DNA of 64,000 nt, from positions 3,818 through 67,817 of the forward strand of contig MWBE01000017.1 of NCBI GenBank assembly GCA_002068915.1, read 5' to 3'. A program made the translations under genes and the position numbers. The notes beneath the pieces were generated by a model. It was not told the origin of the DNA. It ran no database searches and saw nothing but the letters and a program-made list of their open reading frames with translations. Below, piece by piece: positions 1-9,480 of this stretch. Source of the stretch: Parcubacteria group bacterium ADurb.Bin326. Lineage in GTDB: Bacteria; Patescibacteriota; Patescibacteriia; 2-01-FULL-39-33. The first letter of the stretch is position 1, and the number at the start of each line of letters is the position of its first letter.

Positions 1-62
1 GCATGTACCTATACTTTAGAAAGAAAAAATGGATTTAAGAAAACCGGCACTAAGCCGGTTTT

Positions 63-1034
63 TTATATTCCTTTTAATATCTTCTTTAAATCATCAATGC
101 TTTGAACCGCAACTAGCTGCGACCTTAACTCCTTAGCATTGGCCCAGCCTTTAACATACCAGAGCAAGTGTTTGCGTAATTCGATAATTCCATGGGTGTC
201 TTTCGCTTCCTTGGCAAATTTAGCATGAAGCAAGGCCGCTTTTTTTATGTCTTTTGGTGTAAATTCTTTAAATTTCGCCTTTTTGAGAAATTCGCGACAT
301 TGCTTAAACAGCCAGGGACGACCATAAAGTCCACGCGCCAAACCAACGCCATGACAACCGGTTTGTTCTATCATTTTTTGCGCCTCTTCAGGAGAGTTAA
401 TTCCACCATTGCCCAAAAATATTCCTTTGGGGTTTTGTTTAAGAAAATACTCGCCGGCCAATTTAATCATTTTATAATCAATTTCAGCATTAAAAGGATT
501 TTCATAGGGCCTGCCGTGAATCATGATGGCGGCAATTGGTAATCCTTCCATGGCTCTGATGAAATCTAAGGCGGTTACGGCTCCTCCGTCTTTTTTTATT
601 GATGATCTTAATTTCACCGAGACGGGCAACTTAGTACCCTTCATGACTTCTTCTACAATTTGCCGACATTTTTTCAAATCGCGCATCAAAGTTACTCCGC
701 CGCCATGTCCCGCAACTTTTTTAGCTGGGCAACCAAAATTAATATCAATACCGTCAAATCCGGCAAGTTGAGCAATCTGCGCTGCTTTAGCAAATCGTTC
801 CGGATGCTTGCCAAACAACTGGATTACGATCGGACGCTCCGACTTATCAAATTTAAGCATCTCTAAAGTCTTTTTGGAATCATAAAACAAGCCGTCGGCA
901 GAAATCATTTCTGTATAAACGACATTAGCGCCGTAATAACGGCAAACCCTGCGAAAAGCGGAGTCGCTAATTCCAGCCATCGGCGCCAAAGCTAAAATCG
1001 GTTTTTTAAGTTTTAACCAAAAATTATTCTTCAT
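63..1034 (-). CDS. dusB: tRNA-dihydrouridine synthase (Dus family, FMN TIM barrel)
   Basis: 323-aa ORF. N-terminal LAPMAGISDSAFR motif and overall Dus-like sequence read from the ORF translation. Confidence 0.85.
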   Translation of the reverse strand: MKNNFWLKLKKPILALAPMAGISDSAFRRVCRYYGANVVYTEMISADGLFYDSKKTLEMLKFDKSERPIVIQLFGKHPERFAKAAQIAQLAGFDGIDINFGCPAKKVAGHGGGVTLMRDLKKCRQIVEEVMKGTKLPVSVKLRSSIKKDGGAVTALDFIRAMEGLPIAAIMIHGRPYENPFNAEIDYKMIKLAGEYFLKQNPKGIFLGNGGINSPEEAQKMIEQTGCHGVGLARGLYGRPWLFKQCREFLKKAKFKEFTPKDIKKAALLHAKFAKEAKDTHGIIELRKHLLWYVKGWANAKELRSQLVAVQSIDDLKKILKGI

Positions 1035-2877
1035 CTTCTTTCTCGGGGATATCCAAAAAATCTTCTATTTTCTTACGGATGGTTTCCGGCCTGATTTTAT
1101 TTTTCTTGTTATACTCAAGCTGTTTAGCGCGACGACGTTCAACCTCTCCCACTGCGCGTTTTATCGATCCGGTCAAATTATCGGCATACAAAATGACTTT
1201 ACCCGAAACATTTCTGGCGGCACGCCCCATAATTTGGATTAACGAGGTTTCGCTGCGCAAAAATCCTTCGCGATCAGCGTCAAGAATCGCAACAAAGGTA
1301 ACCTCCGGCAAATCAAGGCCTTCACGCAACAAATTAACACCGATTAAAACATCGAATTTGCCACGTCTAAAATCTAGCAAAATCTCATTGCGCGCAATCG
1401 TCTTGACGTCGCTATGCAAATAATTAGACTTGATGCCATGCTGAGCAAAAAAATTGTTCAGGTCTTCTGCCTGCTTCTTGGTTAAAGTATTGATAATGCT
1501 CCTCTCCCCCTTGTCAGTGATTTTTTTTGTCTCCTCAATAACGTCATCGATTTGGCTGCGATTGGTTTTGCGATCAAAAACCGGACGAACCTCGATTGGC
1601 GGGTCGACTAATCCTGTCGGACGAATTACTTGCTCAACCAACTGTTTAGAGTGCTTGATTTCAAAATCTCCCGGCGTGGCAGAAGTGAAAATCGTCTGAT
1701 TGATGCGCTCCAAAAACTCCTCAAATTTAAGCGGCCTATTGTCTAAGGCCGACGGCAAACGCCAACCGTACTGCGCCAAAGTTTCTTTGCGTGAGCGGTC
1801 ACCCTCATACATTCCTCTGACTTGAGGCACACCAATATGAGATTCATCCATAATCAACAAATAATCAGGCTTGCCATTTTTATCTTTAGGGAAATATGAC
1901 AGCAAGTTCTCCGGAGCTTCGCCAGGCAACTTGCCTGATAAGTGGCGCGAGTAATTCTCGATGCCATGGCAATAACCGATGGTTTTAAGCATTTCCAAAT
2001 CGTAACGCACGCGGCGTTCCAAACGCTCCGCCTCCAGATATAATTTCTTCTTACGGAAGTACGCTAGACGATCCTTAAGTTCCGCCTTGATATTTTTAAG
2101 AGCCTGATCGATTTCCGGCTGTTCGGAAATAAAATGCTTGGGCGGAAAAATTACGATCTCTGTCATTTCTTCCTTAATTTTTCTAGTCAATTGATCGACC
2201 AAGGATATCGCTGAGATAACTTGCTCATCAAATTCTATCCGATAAACTGCGGTCTCTGAGGCTGGCATGATTTCAAAAACCCCGCCGCGAACTCGGAAGG
2301 TTCCTCGCTTCAGCTCTCCGGTCGTGCGGACAAATTGTATTTTAATCAGTTGCTTAATCAAATCAGCGCGGACAATCGCCTGGCCGACGGTCAGATGAAT
2401 TGCCGCCTCCAGATAATTAATTGGCAAACCCAAACCATAAATGCAAGAAACTGAGGCAACGATGATCACATCCTTGCGTGACAACAAGGCGGTAGTAGCC
2501 TGATGACGCAAACGATCAATTTCGTCGTTAATCATCGCCTCTTTTTCGATGTAAGTATCGGAGTTAGGCAGGTACGCTTCCGGCTGATAATAATCATAGT
2601 AAGAAACAAAGTAGTTAACGCTGTTGTCAGGAAAGAAATTTTTATACTCGCGATAAAGTTGCGCCGCCAACGACTTGTTGGGAGCCATTACCAAAACCGG
2701 TTTATTGTATTGCTCAATTACATTAGCCATGGTAAAAGTCTTGCCGGAGCCGGTAATTCCCAAAAGCGTCTGGAAATCATCGCCACGCTGAAGTCCGGCG
2801 ACCAATTTCTTGATTGCCTCCGGCTGATCTCCCGATGGTTTGTACTTGGATTTTAAATTAAATAATTTCTTGCCCAT
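1024..2877 (-). CDS. uvrB: excinuclease ABC subunit B
   Basis: 617-aa ORF with Walker A GITGSGKT, the UvrB-typical YFVSYYDYYQPEAY segment and helicase motifs. Confidence 0.95.
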   Translation of the reverse strand: MGKKLFNLKSKYKPSGDQPEAIKKLVAGLQRGDDFQTLLGITGSGKTFTMANVIEQYNKPVLVMAPNKSLAAQLYREYKNFFPDNSVNYFVSYYDYYQPEAYLPNSDTYIEKEAMINDEIDRLRHQATTALLSRKDVIIVASVSCIYGLGLPINYLEAAIHLTVGQAIVRADLIKQLIKIQFVRTTGELKRGTFRVRGGVFEIMPASETAVYRIEFDEQVISAISLVDQLTRKIKEEMTEIVIFPPKHFISEQPEIDQALKNIKAELKDRLAYFRKKKLYLEAERLERRVRYDLEMLKTIGYCHGIENYSRHLSGKLPGEAPENLLSYFPKDKNGKPDYLLIMDESHIGVPQVRGMYEGDRSRKETLAQYGWRLPSALDNRPLKFEEFLERINQTIFTSATPGDFEIKHSKQLVEQVIRPTGLVDPPIEVRPVFDRKTNRSQIDDVIEETKKITDKGERSIINTLTKKQAEDLNNFFAQHGIKSNYLHSDVKTIARNEILLDFRRGKFDVLIGVNLLREGLDLPEVTFVAILDADREGFLRSETSLIQIMGRAARNVSGKVILYADNLTGSIKRAVGEVERRRAKQLEYNKKNKIRPETIRKKIEDFLDIPEKEDEE

Positions 2878-2944
2878 AACCCGATAACCGTCAATAATTC
2901 ACACGCTCGTGTGAATTATTGAATTTTGTCTTATTTTAAATAAA

Positions 2945-3097
2945 TTAACTTTTTTTGCTTTTGCCGGAAATTGACGGCAACTGATTGAGTTTACTCTTAT
3001 TGCGAAGCACCGTCAAGTCTTTGCCATAACGAAAAACCGAGGGCGTGCGATAGGCTGGATTGCCTGATTTGTTACCAATCTTGGAACGCGTTTTCAT
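2945..3097 (-). CDS. small basic hypothetical protein (50 aa; MKTRSKIGNKSGNPAYRTPSVFRYGKDLTVLRNKSKLNQLPSISGKSKKS)
   Basis: Hand-translated from the uvrB-dut intergenic region (ATG at 3097, TAA at 2945-2947). Lys/Arg-rich and same strand as both neighbours. Not in the ORF track because it is under 60 aa. No family recognised. Confidence 0.3.
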   Translation of the reverse strand: MKTRSKIGNKSGNPAYRTPSVFRYGKDLTVLRNKSKLNQLPSISGKSKKS

Positions 3098-3100
3098 AAA

Positions 3101-3520
3101 CTAATTCTTACCGCTAGAACCAAAACCACCCTCACCCCTAATGGACTCTGACAAGTCTTCAACTTCCTCAAAATTAACCGCGGGATAGGGTAATACGATA
3201 ATTTGACCCACTCTGTCTCCTACTTGATAATCATCAGATCCATTTTTACGAAATCTAAGCTTTAATTCTCCGCGATAACCTGAGTCTAAAACGCCGACGG
3301 AATTAGCCATCACCAGATCGGTATTGGAAACGCTGCTGCGCGGAAATATTAGCATTACATAGCCTTCAAGAATTTCAAAAGCTAACCCGGTTCCATATTC
3401 TATGTACTTATCCGTTTCGTTTTTGCTGACAGCGTAAACATCCATTCCGGCGTCGCCAGGCTTGGCATATTTAGGCGTAATTGCCTCTGACACTAATTTC
3501 TTAATTTTTACATTTAACAT
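3101..3520 (-). CDS. dut: dUTP diphosphatase
   Basis: 139-aa ORF with dUTPase motifs (AGMDVYA, RSS, GVLDSGYRGEL). Confidence 0.9.
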   Translation of the reverse strand: MLNVKIKKLVSEAITPKYAKPGDAGMDVYAVSKNETDKYIEYGTGLAFEILEGYVMLIFPRSSVSNTDLVMANSVGVLDSGYRGELKLRFRKNGSDDYQVGDRVGQIIVLPYPAVNFEEVEDLSESIRGEGGFGSSGKN

Positions 3521-3546
3521 AAATATTGGGAGTTTATTAATTTTTA

Positions 3547-3575
3547 TTGACTTTTTTACGTCTTTATGCTACAAT
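3547..3575 (+). promoter_or_regulatory. sigma70-like promoter TTGACT-N17-TACAAT upstream of the RRM-protein gene, followed by a ~100-nt structured leader
   Basis: Read directly: TTGACT at 3547-3552, 17-nt spacer, TACAAT at 3570-3575. A GCCGG...CCGGC hairpin lies in the leader. Confidence 0.4.
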
Positions 3576-3675
3576 GACAGTGTTCGTGGGTTAACTTTGC
3601 CGGATTTAATTGCCGGCGGTGAGTTTAGAAAGGTCTGACCAACGGATTTTATTAACAATTTTAATGATTATTGTC

Positions 3676-3945
3676 ATGAACAATAAGCTTTATGTCGGCG
3701 GCATTCCTTATAGCGCCTCCGATAACGACCTTCAGAATTTTTTCTCCAGTGCAGGTACCGTTGTGTCAGCCAAGATCATCATCGACAAACAGACTAACAG
3801 ATCCAAGGGATTCGGTTTCGTAGAAATGTCATCCCCTGAAGAAGCTCAGAATGCTATCGACACCCTGAACAATCAGGAAATGATGGGAAGAATGATCAAG
3901 GTTTCCGAGGCCAAGCCTATGGAAGACCGCCCGAAGAGATTCTAA
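3676..3945 (+). CDS. RRM-type RNA-binding protein (RNP1 KGFGFVEM, RNP2 LYVGGI)
   Basis: The ORF track starts it at 3610; the likely real start is the internal Met at 3676 (MNNKLYVGGIPY). Classic RNP-1 and RNP-2 motifs. Confidence 0.85.
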   Translation: MNNKLYVGGIPYSASDNDLQNFFSSAGTVVSAKIIIDKQTNRSKGFGFVEMSSPEEAQNAIDTLNNQEMMGRMIKVSEAKPMEDRPKRF

Positions 3946-3958
3946 AGACCTATTCGCT

Positions 3959-3986
3959 AAAATCCGGCTTAATGCCGGATTTTTTG
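3959..3986. terminator. bidirectional intrinsic terminator between the convergent RRM gene and the MBL ribonuclease gene
   Basis: Hairpin TCCGGC-ttaat-GCCGGA flanked by A-run and T-run. Confidence 0.5.
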
Positions 3987-4001
3987 TTTTGCTTTTTTAG
4001 A

Positions 4002-5366
4002 TTAAATCTCGTAAGTCTTATCTTTAATCGCTACTTCAGTATCAAGCTTAAGCTTCTGTTTGATTCCATCGGCTAACATTAATGAAGATTTTTCTTCCCC
4101 ATGGACTACAAATACCTTTTTCGGCTTGGGTCCGGCAATGGATTTAAGCCAGTGCAATAACTTGGGCTGATCGGCATGTGACGAATAAGAACCAATGGCA
4201 GTAACCTTGGCTTTAACAGTTACTTTTTCCTTATCTATAGTAACCTTTTTTGCTCCGTCGCGCAAAGCCCTGCCTAAAGTGCCTTCTGCCTGATAGCTAA
4301 TGATCAATAAGTGACTTTTAGGGTTGGGTAAATATAATTTTAAATGGTAAAGAATTCTGCCACCATTGCTCATGCCACTACCGGCCAAAATTACTTTGGG
4401 CGGACTGACTTTATTGATTCTCTTGGATTGATCCACACTACGAGTCATTTCCAATCCGTCAAATTTAAAAAGTTCATCCCCTTCCCTAATTCTAGCTTTA
4501 GCCTCAGCGTCAAAGATATTAGTATAACGTTTGTAAATCTCGACAGCCTCAATTGCCAACGGACTGTCTAAGAAAATCGGGATACGGGGAATCTGTCTAG
4601 TCTCATGCAAATAATTGAGTTCGTAAAGCACTTCCTGCGTCCTTTCCAGGGCAAATGTAGGAATCATCAAAACTCCGCCACGACCAATCGAATCAAGAAT
4701 CGCCTGGCGCAACATCGAAGTTCGAAGTTCGGCCGGCTCATGGATGCGCCCGCCATAAGTGGACTCTACTACCACAAAATTCGCGCCATCTATCATTTCG
4801 GTATTTCTAACTATCGGCGCCGGATAATTTCCTAAGTCCCCGGAAAAAACAATCTTCTTATTTTTAAACCCCTCTTTAATCCAAATCTCAATAATCGCCG
4901 ACCCAAGGATATGCCCGGCATCCCTGAAACGAACCGTAACATCGGATGACAGCCTCTGCTTCTTGCCATAATCAATACCCCAAAAATGATCCATCACTGA
5001 AATAACATCCTTGTCTTTGTAAAGTATTTCCTGCCCATGCTTCATCGCCTCCTCCTTAATGACTTTGGCCGCATCCAATAAAATTATTTCCGATAAGTCC
5101 CTGGTAGCCGGGGTGCAATATATTTTTCCGGCAAAACCGCTCATCGGTAGTAACGGCAACCTACCACAATGATCAACGTGGGCATGAGTCAAAAGGACAA
5201 AATCCAGTTCTTTAGGATTGAAATCAAAAGGCTTAAAATTCTTCTCGTGCGCGAAGTAAGATCCTTGAAACATGCCACAATCAACTAAAAATTTTGACTC
5301 CTTTGTTTCTACTAAGGCGCAAGATCCGGTCACTTCCCCGGCGGCGCCATAAAATGTTATTTTCAT
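4002..5366 (-). CDS. MBL-fold metallo-hydrolase, beta-CASP family ribonuclease (RNase J / CPSF-like)
   Basis: 454-aa ORF with the HAHVDHCG metallo-beta-lactamase motif; length and C-terminal region fit the beta-CASP RNA-specificity architecture. Confidence 0.75.
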   Translation of the reverse strand: MKITFYGAAGEVTGSCALVETKESKFLVDCGMFQGSYFAHEKNFKPFDFNPKELDFVLLTHAHVDHCGRLPLLPMSGFAGKIYCTPATRDLSEIILLDAAKVIKEEAMKHGQEILYKDKDVISVMDHFWGIDYGKKQRLSSDVTVRFRDAGHILGSAIIEIWIKEGFKNKKIVFSGDLGNYPAPIVRNTEMIDGANFVVVESTYGGRIHEPAELRTSMLRQAILDSIGRGGVLMIPTFALERTQEVLYELNYLHETRQIPRIPIFLDSPLAIEAVEIYKRYTNIFDAEAKARIREGDELFKFDGLEMTRSVDQSKRINKVSPPKVILAGSGMSNGGRILYHLKLYLPNPKSHLLIISYQAEGTLGRALRDGAKKVTIDKEKVTVKAKVTAIGSYSSHADQPKLLHWLKSIAGPKPKKVFVVHGEEKSSLMLADGIKQKLKLDTEVAIKDKTYEI

Positions 5367-5441
5367 GTTTTTTTCTTATAAGGTAATTATAACATTTTTG
5401 CGGGTTTTAAAAAATCCGCCTAACGACGGATTTTTTAAAAT

Positions 5442-7265
5442 TTATTCGACGGTTACCGACTTAGCCAAATTCCTCGGCTTATCGACATTATAACCGCGCC
5501 CAACACCGATATAATAAGCAAATATTTGCAATGGCACTACTGCCAATAAAGCCTCTAACATCTCAATCGTTTCCGGGACATAAATCACATCATCAGCCAA
5601 ATTGGAAAGAGTTGTGTTTCCTTCGGTTGCAATAGCCAAAACCTTACCGCTACGCGCCTTAATCTCTTCAATATTTGAAACCATTTTCTCATAAACAGCA
5701 TCACTTAAGGCCAAAGCTACGGTAGGAAAATTTTCATCAATCATAGCAATTGGACCATGTTTCATTTCTCCCGCCCCATAACCTTCGGCATGAACATAAG
5801 AAATCTCTTTAAGTTTTAGAGCCCCCTCAAAAGCAATCGGGAAAGTGTACTTGCGACCCATAAATAAGAAATCCTCAAAACGGGAATATTTATCGGCAAT
5901 CAATTTAATCTCTTCCTGCCGTGATAATATTGATTTTATTTTGTCCGGCAAGGCAATAATTTCTTGAACAACTTTTTTGTACATCTCCTCATTTATAGTT
6001 CCCCGAATCTTACCCAAATAAAGAGTAAACAAGGCAAAGAGCGTTACTTGAGACATAAAGGCCTTGGTGGAGGCAACGCCGATTTCCGGACCGATTTGAT
6101 TAAACATGACGGCGTCTGATTCTCTGGCAATAGTCGATCCGACTGTATTAACAATGGAAACCACTAAAGCGCCTTGGCGCTTGGCCTCGCGAATGGCAGC
6201 TAGAGTATCGGCCGTTTCTCCTGATTGAGTGATTGACATGATCATGGTTCCCGGCTCAATAATCGGACTGCGATAACGGAATTCGCTGGCATATTCAATT
6301 TCAACCGGAACCTTGGCTAATTCTTCAATCATATACTCACCCACCATTCCGGAATAAAGAGCGGTACCGCAAGAAGTTATAATGATCCTTTTAATGTCTT
6401 TAAGCTGATTGGCGACACTATCAAGTTCTGGCAGCTTAACTTCCAAAGAAACTTCATCCAAACGGCCACGAAGGGAATTTTTGATGACATTATCGCCTTC
6501 CACTATTTCCTTCATCATAAAGTGGTCATAGCCACCTTTTTGGGTTTGTTCCACGCTCCACTCTATTGTCTGCGGCTCGCGAGAAATTTCAGTCCCCTCC
6601 AGGTCAAATAACTGATAACTGCCGGCAGTTAGAATGGCCCATTCGCCATCATTGAGATAGATGACCCGCTTAGTATGTGGCACGATTGCCGAAGGATCTG
6701 AGGCTACAAAGTTTTCTCCCTCACCAATGCCCAACACTATTGGAGAACCCTTGCGCGCTACAAAGATTTTTTCAGGTTCATGGACGCTAGAGATAACCAA
6801 TCCATAAGTACCGCGAATTGCCTTGAGCGTCTTTAGCAATGCCTCGGAAAAACTAGAATCGGACTTGATATTTTCTTCAATTAAATGAGCCACTACTTCA
6901 GTGTCTGTGGCTGAGACAAATTTATGGCCCTTACTAATCAATTCCTCTTTAAGTTCATTATAATTTTCAATGATGCCATTATGGGCCAGCCAAATCTTTT
7001 GCTCACAATCGGAATGCGGATGCGAATTGACCTCCGAAGGAACTCCGTGAGTTGCCCAGCGGGTATGGGCCAAGCCGGTATTACCAGAAAAACCATCTCC
7101 CAGCTTAGTCTCTAAGTTCTTAACTTGTCCGACCGCCTTGGCGCAACCGGCACCAACGATATAAAGACCGGCACTATCGTAACCGCGATATTCTAAGGCT
7201 TTTAATCCATCGATTAACAAGGGGGCCGCCTGCCTTTTACCGACATAGCCGAAAATTCCACACAT
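5442..7265 (-). CDS. glmS: glutamine--fructose-6-phosphate aminotransferase (isomerising)
   Basis: 607-aa ORF. N-terminal MCGIFGY Ntn-amidotransferase start, two SIS domains, C-terminal ...KSVTVE. Confidence 0.95.
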   Translation of the reverse strand: MCGIFGYVGKRQAAPLLIDGLKALEYRGYDSAGLYIVGAGCAKAVGQVKNLETKLGDGFSGNTGLAHTRWATHGVPSEVNSHPHSDCEQKIWLAHNGIIENYNELKEELISKGHKFVSATDTEVVAHLIEENIKSDSSFSEALLKTLKAIRGTYGLVISSVHEPEKIFVARKGSPIVLGIGEGENFVASDPSAIVPHTKRVIYLNDGEWAILTAGSYQLFDLEGTEISREPQTIEWSVEQTQKGGYDHFMMKEIVEGDNVIKNSLRGRLDEVSLEVKLPELDSVANQLKDIKRIIITSCGTALYSGMVGEYMIEELAKVPVEIEYASEFRYRSPIIEPGTMIMSITQSGETADTLAAIREAKRQGALVVSIVNTVGSTIARESDAVMFNQIGPEIGVASTKAFMSQVTLFALFTLYLGKIRGTINEEMYKKVVQEIIALPDKIKSILSRQEEIKLIADKYSRFEDFLFMGRKYTFPIAFEGALKLKEISYVHAEGYGAGEMKHGPIAMIDENFPTVALALSDAVYEKMVSNIEEIKARSGKVLAIATEGNTTLSNLADDVIYVPETIEMLEALLAVVPLQIFAYYIGVGRGYNVDKPRNLAKSVTVE

Positions 7266-7413
7266 AAATTTTATTTTAATTAATTATTCTTACTAAAAAA
7301 ATCCCCGAAGGGAATCTTAAGGCCTTGCTTGTTATAATCCAAGCAAGGCTATTTCTGGTTATTGCCGGAAAATCTGGGCTTTCCGGCCTTCTTTTTGTCT
7401 ATGTATTTCATTT

Positions 7414-8295
7414 TTAAGAGATTACTTGCAAGGCGCCAGGCAAAACATCTATGACTATTTCCTTATCTAGTTTAATATAATCACCGTCTATCTGGCAAGT
7501 TTTAAGCTGTCGTCGGTGTTTTAGGGTTATTTTAAACTCTCTATTATCTAGGGCGAAAATGTGTTTAGGTGGATTGTCATAAAACAATACCCCCAAAGCT
7601 GCCTCGATCATGGAAAAAAAATTTTTGTTGGTTACGACATAAAGATTAAGCAAGCCGTCGCTGATACTGATATGCTTTTTAGCCTGAAAGCCATAAAAAT
7701 TAAAAGCATTAAACACTATCAAACTATTACCCCTAATCCAAAAAGTTCTGTTCTGAGTTTCAATTTTGAATTTTGTCCTCGTAATCCTAACTTTATTCCA
7801 AAACAATCTGATAGCATAACCCAAAAAGCCAAATTTATTCTTTAGCTCCTTCTCGGTGTTGATGATAATACTCGATACATAGCCCATCGAAAATCCTACT
7901 AAAAAATATTTTTCTTTATTAATCCTGCCAATATCTATGCTTGCGAGCTTCTCTTTCCCGATTAGTTTAACGGCCTCACTAATATTGAATGGAATTTTCA
8001 GGGTTGATGCCAAAACGTTGGCCGAACCAAAGGGAATTATTCCTAACGGGACGCTTAATTTAAATTGCATAATGGTCCTAGCGGCAACCTTGGCTGTGCC
8101 ATCACCGCCCCAAGCTATGACCAGTTCTGTTCCCGACCAATCATAACCCGCCACCAACTTTTCAAAATTGGAATCCAAAATAAGGAAGCTTGGTTCGATG
8201 CCAACCTCCCTAAGTTTAGCCTCTACTTCTGATTTCAAATCTCTTTTACTCAGAAGTCCGGCTGTCGGATTAAAGATGACAACTGCTTTTTTCAT
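7414..8295 (-). CDS. diacylglycerol kinase catalytic-domain family lipid kinase (YegS/DagK-like)
   Basis: 293-aa ORF with the GGDGT motif (IAWGGDGTAKVAA) and an N-terminal VIFNPTAG segment. Confidence 0.75.
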   Translation of the reverse strand: MKKAVVIFNPTAGLLSKRDLKSEVEAKLREVGIEPSFLILDSNFEKLVAGYDWSGTELVIAWGGDGTAKVAARTIMQFKLSVPLGIIPFGSANVLASTLKIPFNISEAVKLIGKEKLASIDIGRINKEKYFLVGFSMGYVSSIIINTEKELKNKFGFLGYAIRLFWNKVRITRTKFKIETQNRTFWIRGNSLIVFNAFNFYGFQAKKHISISDGLLNLYVVTNKNFFSMIEAALGVLFYDNPPKHIFALDNREFKITLKHRRQLKTCQIDGDYIKLDKEIVIDVLPGALQVIS

Positions 8296-8322
8296 GTCTA
8301 AATTATAACACTACGCAAAAAA

Positions 8323-9477
8323 TTAAAAAAGTTCTTTTAAATAATTAGCCATAGCATAACGTTCCGCTTCCCTTAGACAATTGGCTGATAATTCTCTAAC
8401 TGCCTGCTGATTGGCTATGATGAATTCTAAACGATGACGCAAATCATACCAATCTCCAGACTTGAATATCCAACCGGTTTTTCCATCTTTTACTATTTCG
8501 GGCAAGGCCCCGCTGTCCGAAGCCAAAACCGGTATTCCTTTGGCGTACGCCTCGATGACAACCATACCAAAACTCTCGGCAACCATGCTGGGATTTATTA
8601 AGACATCCGTCTCTGACCAAATCTTTTGTTCAAGCTCGTCTTGATTCAAATGTCCGTAGAAAACAACTCGGCCGAGATCCAAAGAAATCTTTTTAGACTC
8701 GGCAATTGCCTTCCCGTCTCCTGCAACTAAAAGCTTCCAATTTCCACCCAAGCCGGGAAGAGCCTTCAGCAGTCCAATTATGCCTTTATACTCCTCAATT
8801 TGCCCCACAAAAGCAAAAACAACTTCATCGTCTTTTTTATCTTTTTTAAGTTTTTTAATATTCACATTGAGCGGCAAGGGATTGCCTAATACGACTTTAG
8901 TAGAATTTTTAAAAAAACCTAGGCGGTCATAAGTGTCTCGAATGTGGAACGAAGGAAAAACAACTTTTGAAGGATTACCAAAAAGAGACTTGCAAAAAAA
9001 CAAATAGGCTTTTTCTAAAAAATTTAGAAGCTGTCCATCCCGATATAATCCTGAGGGATGGATTAATTGCATGTCGTGGATAATGTGGACATGCTTGATA
9101 TTCATTAGTTTAGCCAATAATGGCACACCATAACCCAGACCCTTTAAGTTATTTGAGATTATTAAATCCGGTTTCTCTTTTAGTAATAATTTAAAAATTT
9201 TCCAAGTTTGAATGTCGTTGGCCAAATCAATCACATGCCACAATAATCTTTTCCAGGCTGGCTGCCTATTGATATCTAAAAAATTGAAAATATTGAAGGG
9301 CTTAATTCTGAAAACATCGATTCCATCAATAATTTCATGCCGATCAGAGCGCCCCACAGACACAACAAAAATATCCTTCCCGGAGTTCTTGATAGCCCTA
9401 GCGATATTTTCTACGACCACCTCGGCTCCACCGCGATAGTCTGGCTTATAAATGCAATGGAATAATGCTACCTTCAT
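8323..9477 (-). CDS. glycosyltransferase family 4 (GT-B, group 1)
   Basis: 384-aa ORF with a C-terminal GT4 signature (E..AKGIPVLASDSGALPEIV). Confidence 0.8.
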   Translation of the reverse strand: MKVALFHCIYKPDYRGGAEVVVENIARAIKNSGKDIFVVSVGRSDRHEIIDGIDVFRIKPFNIFNFLDINRQPAWKRLLWHVIDLANDIQTWKIFKLLLKEKPDLIISNNLKGLGYGVPLLAKLMNIKHVHIIHDMQLIHPSGLYRDGQLLNFLEKAYLFFCKSLFGNPSKVVFPSFHIRDTYDRLGFFKNSTKVVLGNPLPLNVNIKKLKKDKKDDEVVFAFVGQIEEYKGIIGLLKALPGLGGNWKLLVAGDGKAIAESKKISLDLGRVVFYGHLNQDELEQKIWSETDVLINPSMVAESFGMVVIEAYAKGIPVLASDSGALPEIVKDGKTGWIFKSGDWYDLRHRLEFIIANQQAVRELSANCLREAERYAMANYLKELF

Positions 9478-9480
9478 AAT

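Noticed and set aside
7266-7413. glmS ribozyme upstream of glmS
   Set aside because: The region is only ~150 nt, consists of simple hairpins, and lacks the conserved glmS ribozyme core and pseudoknots.
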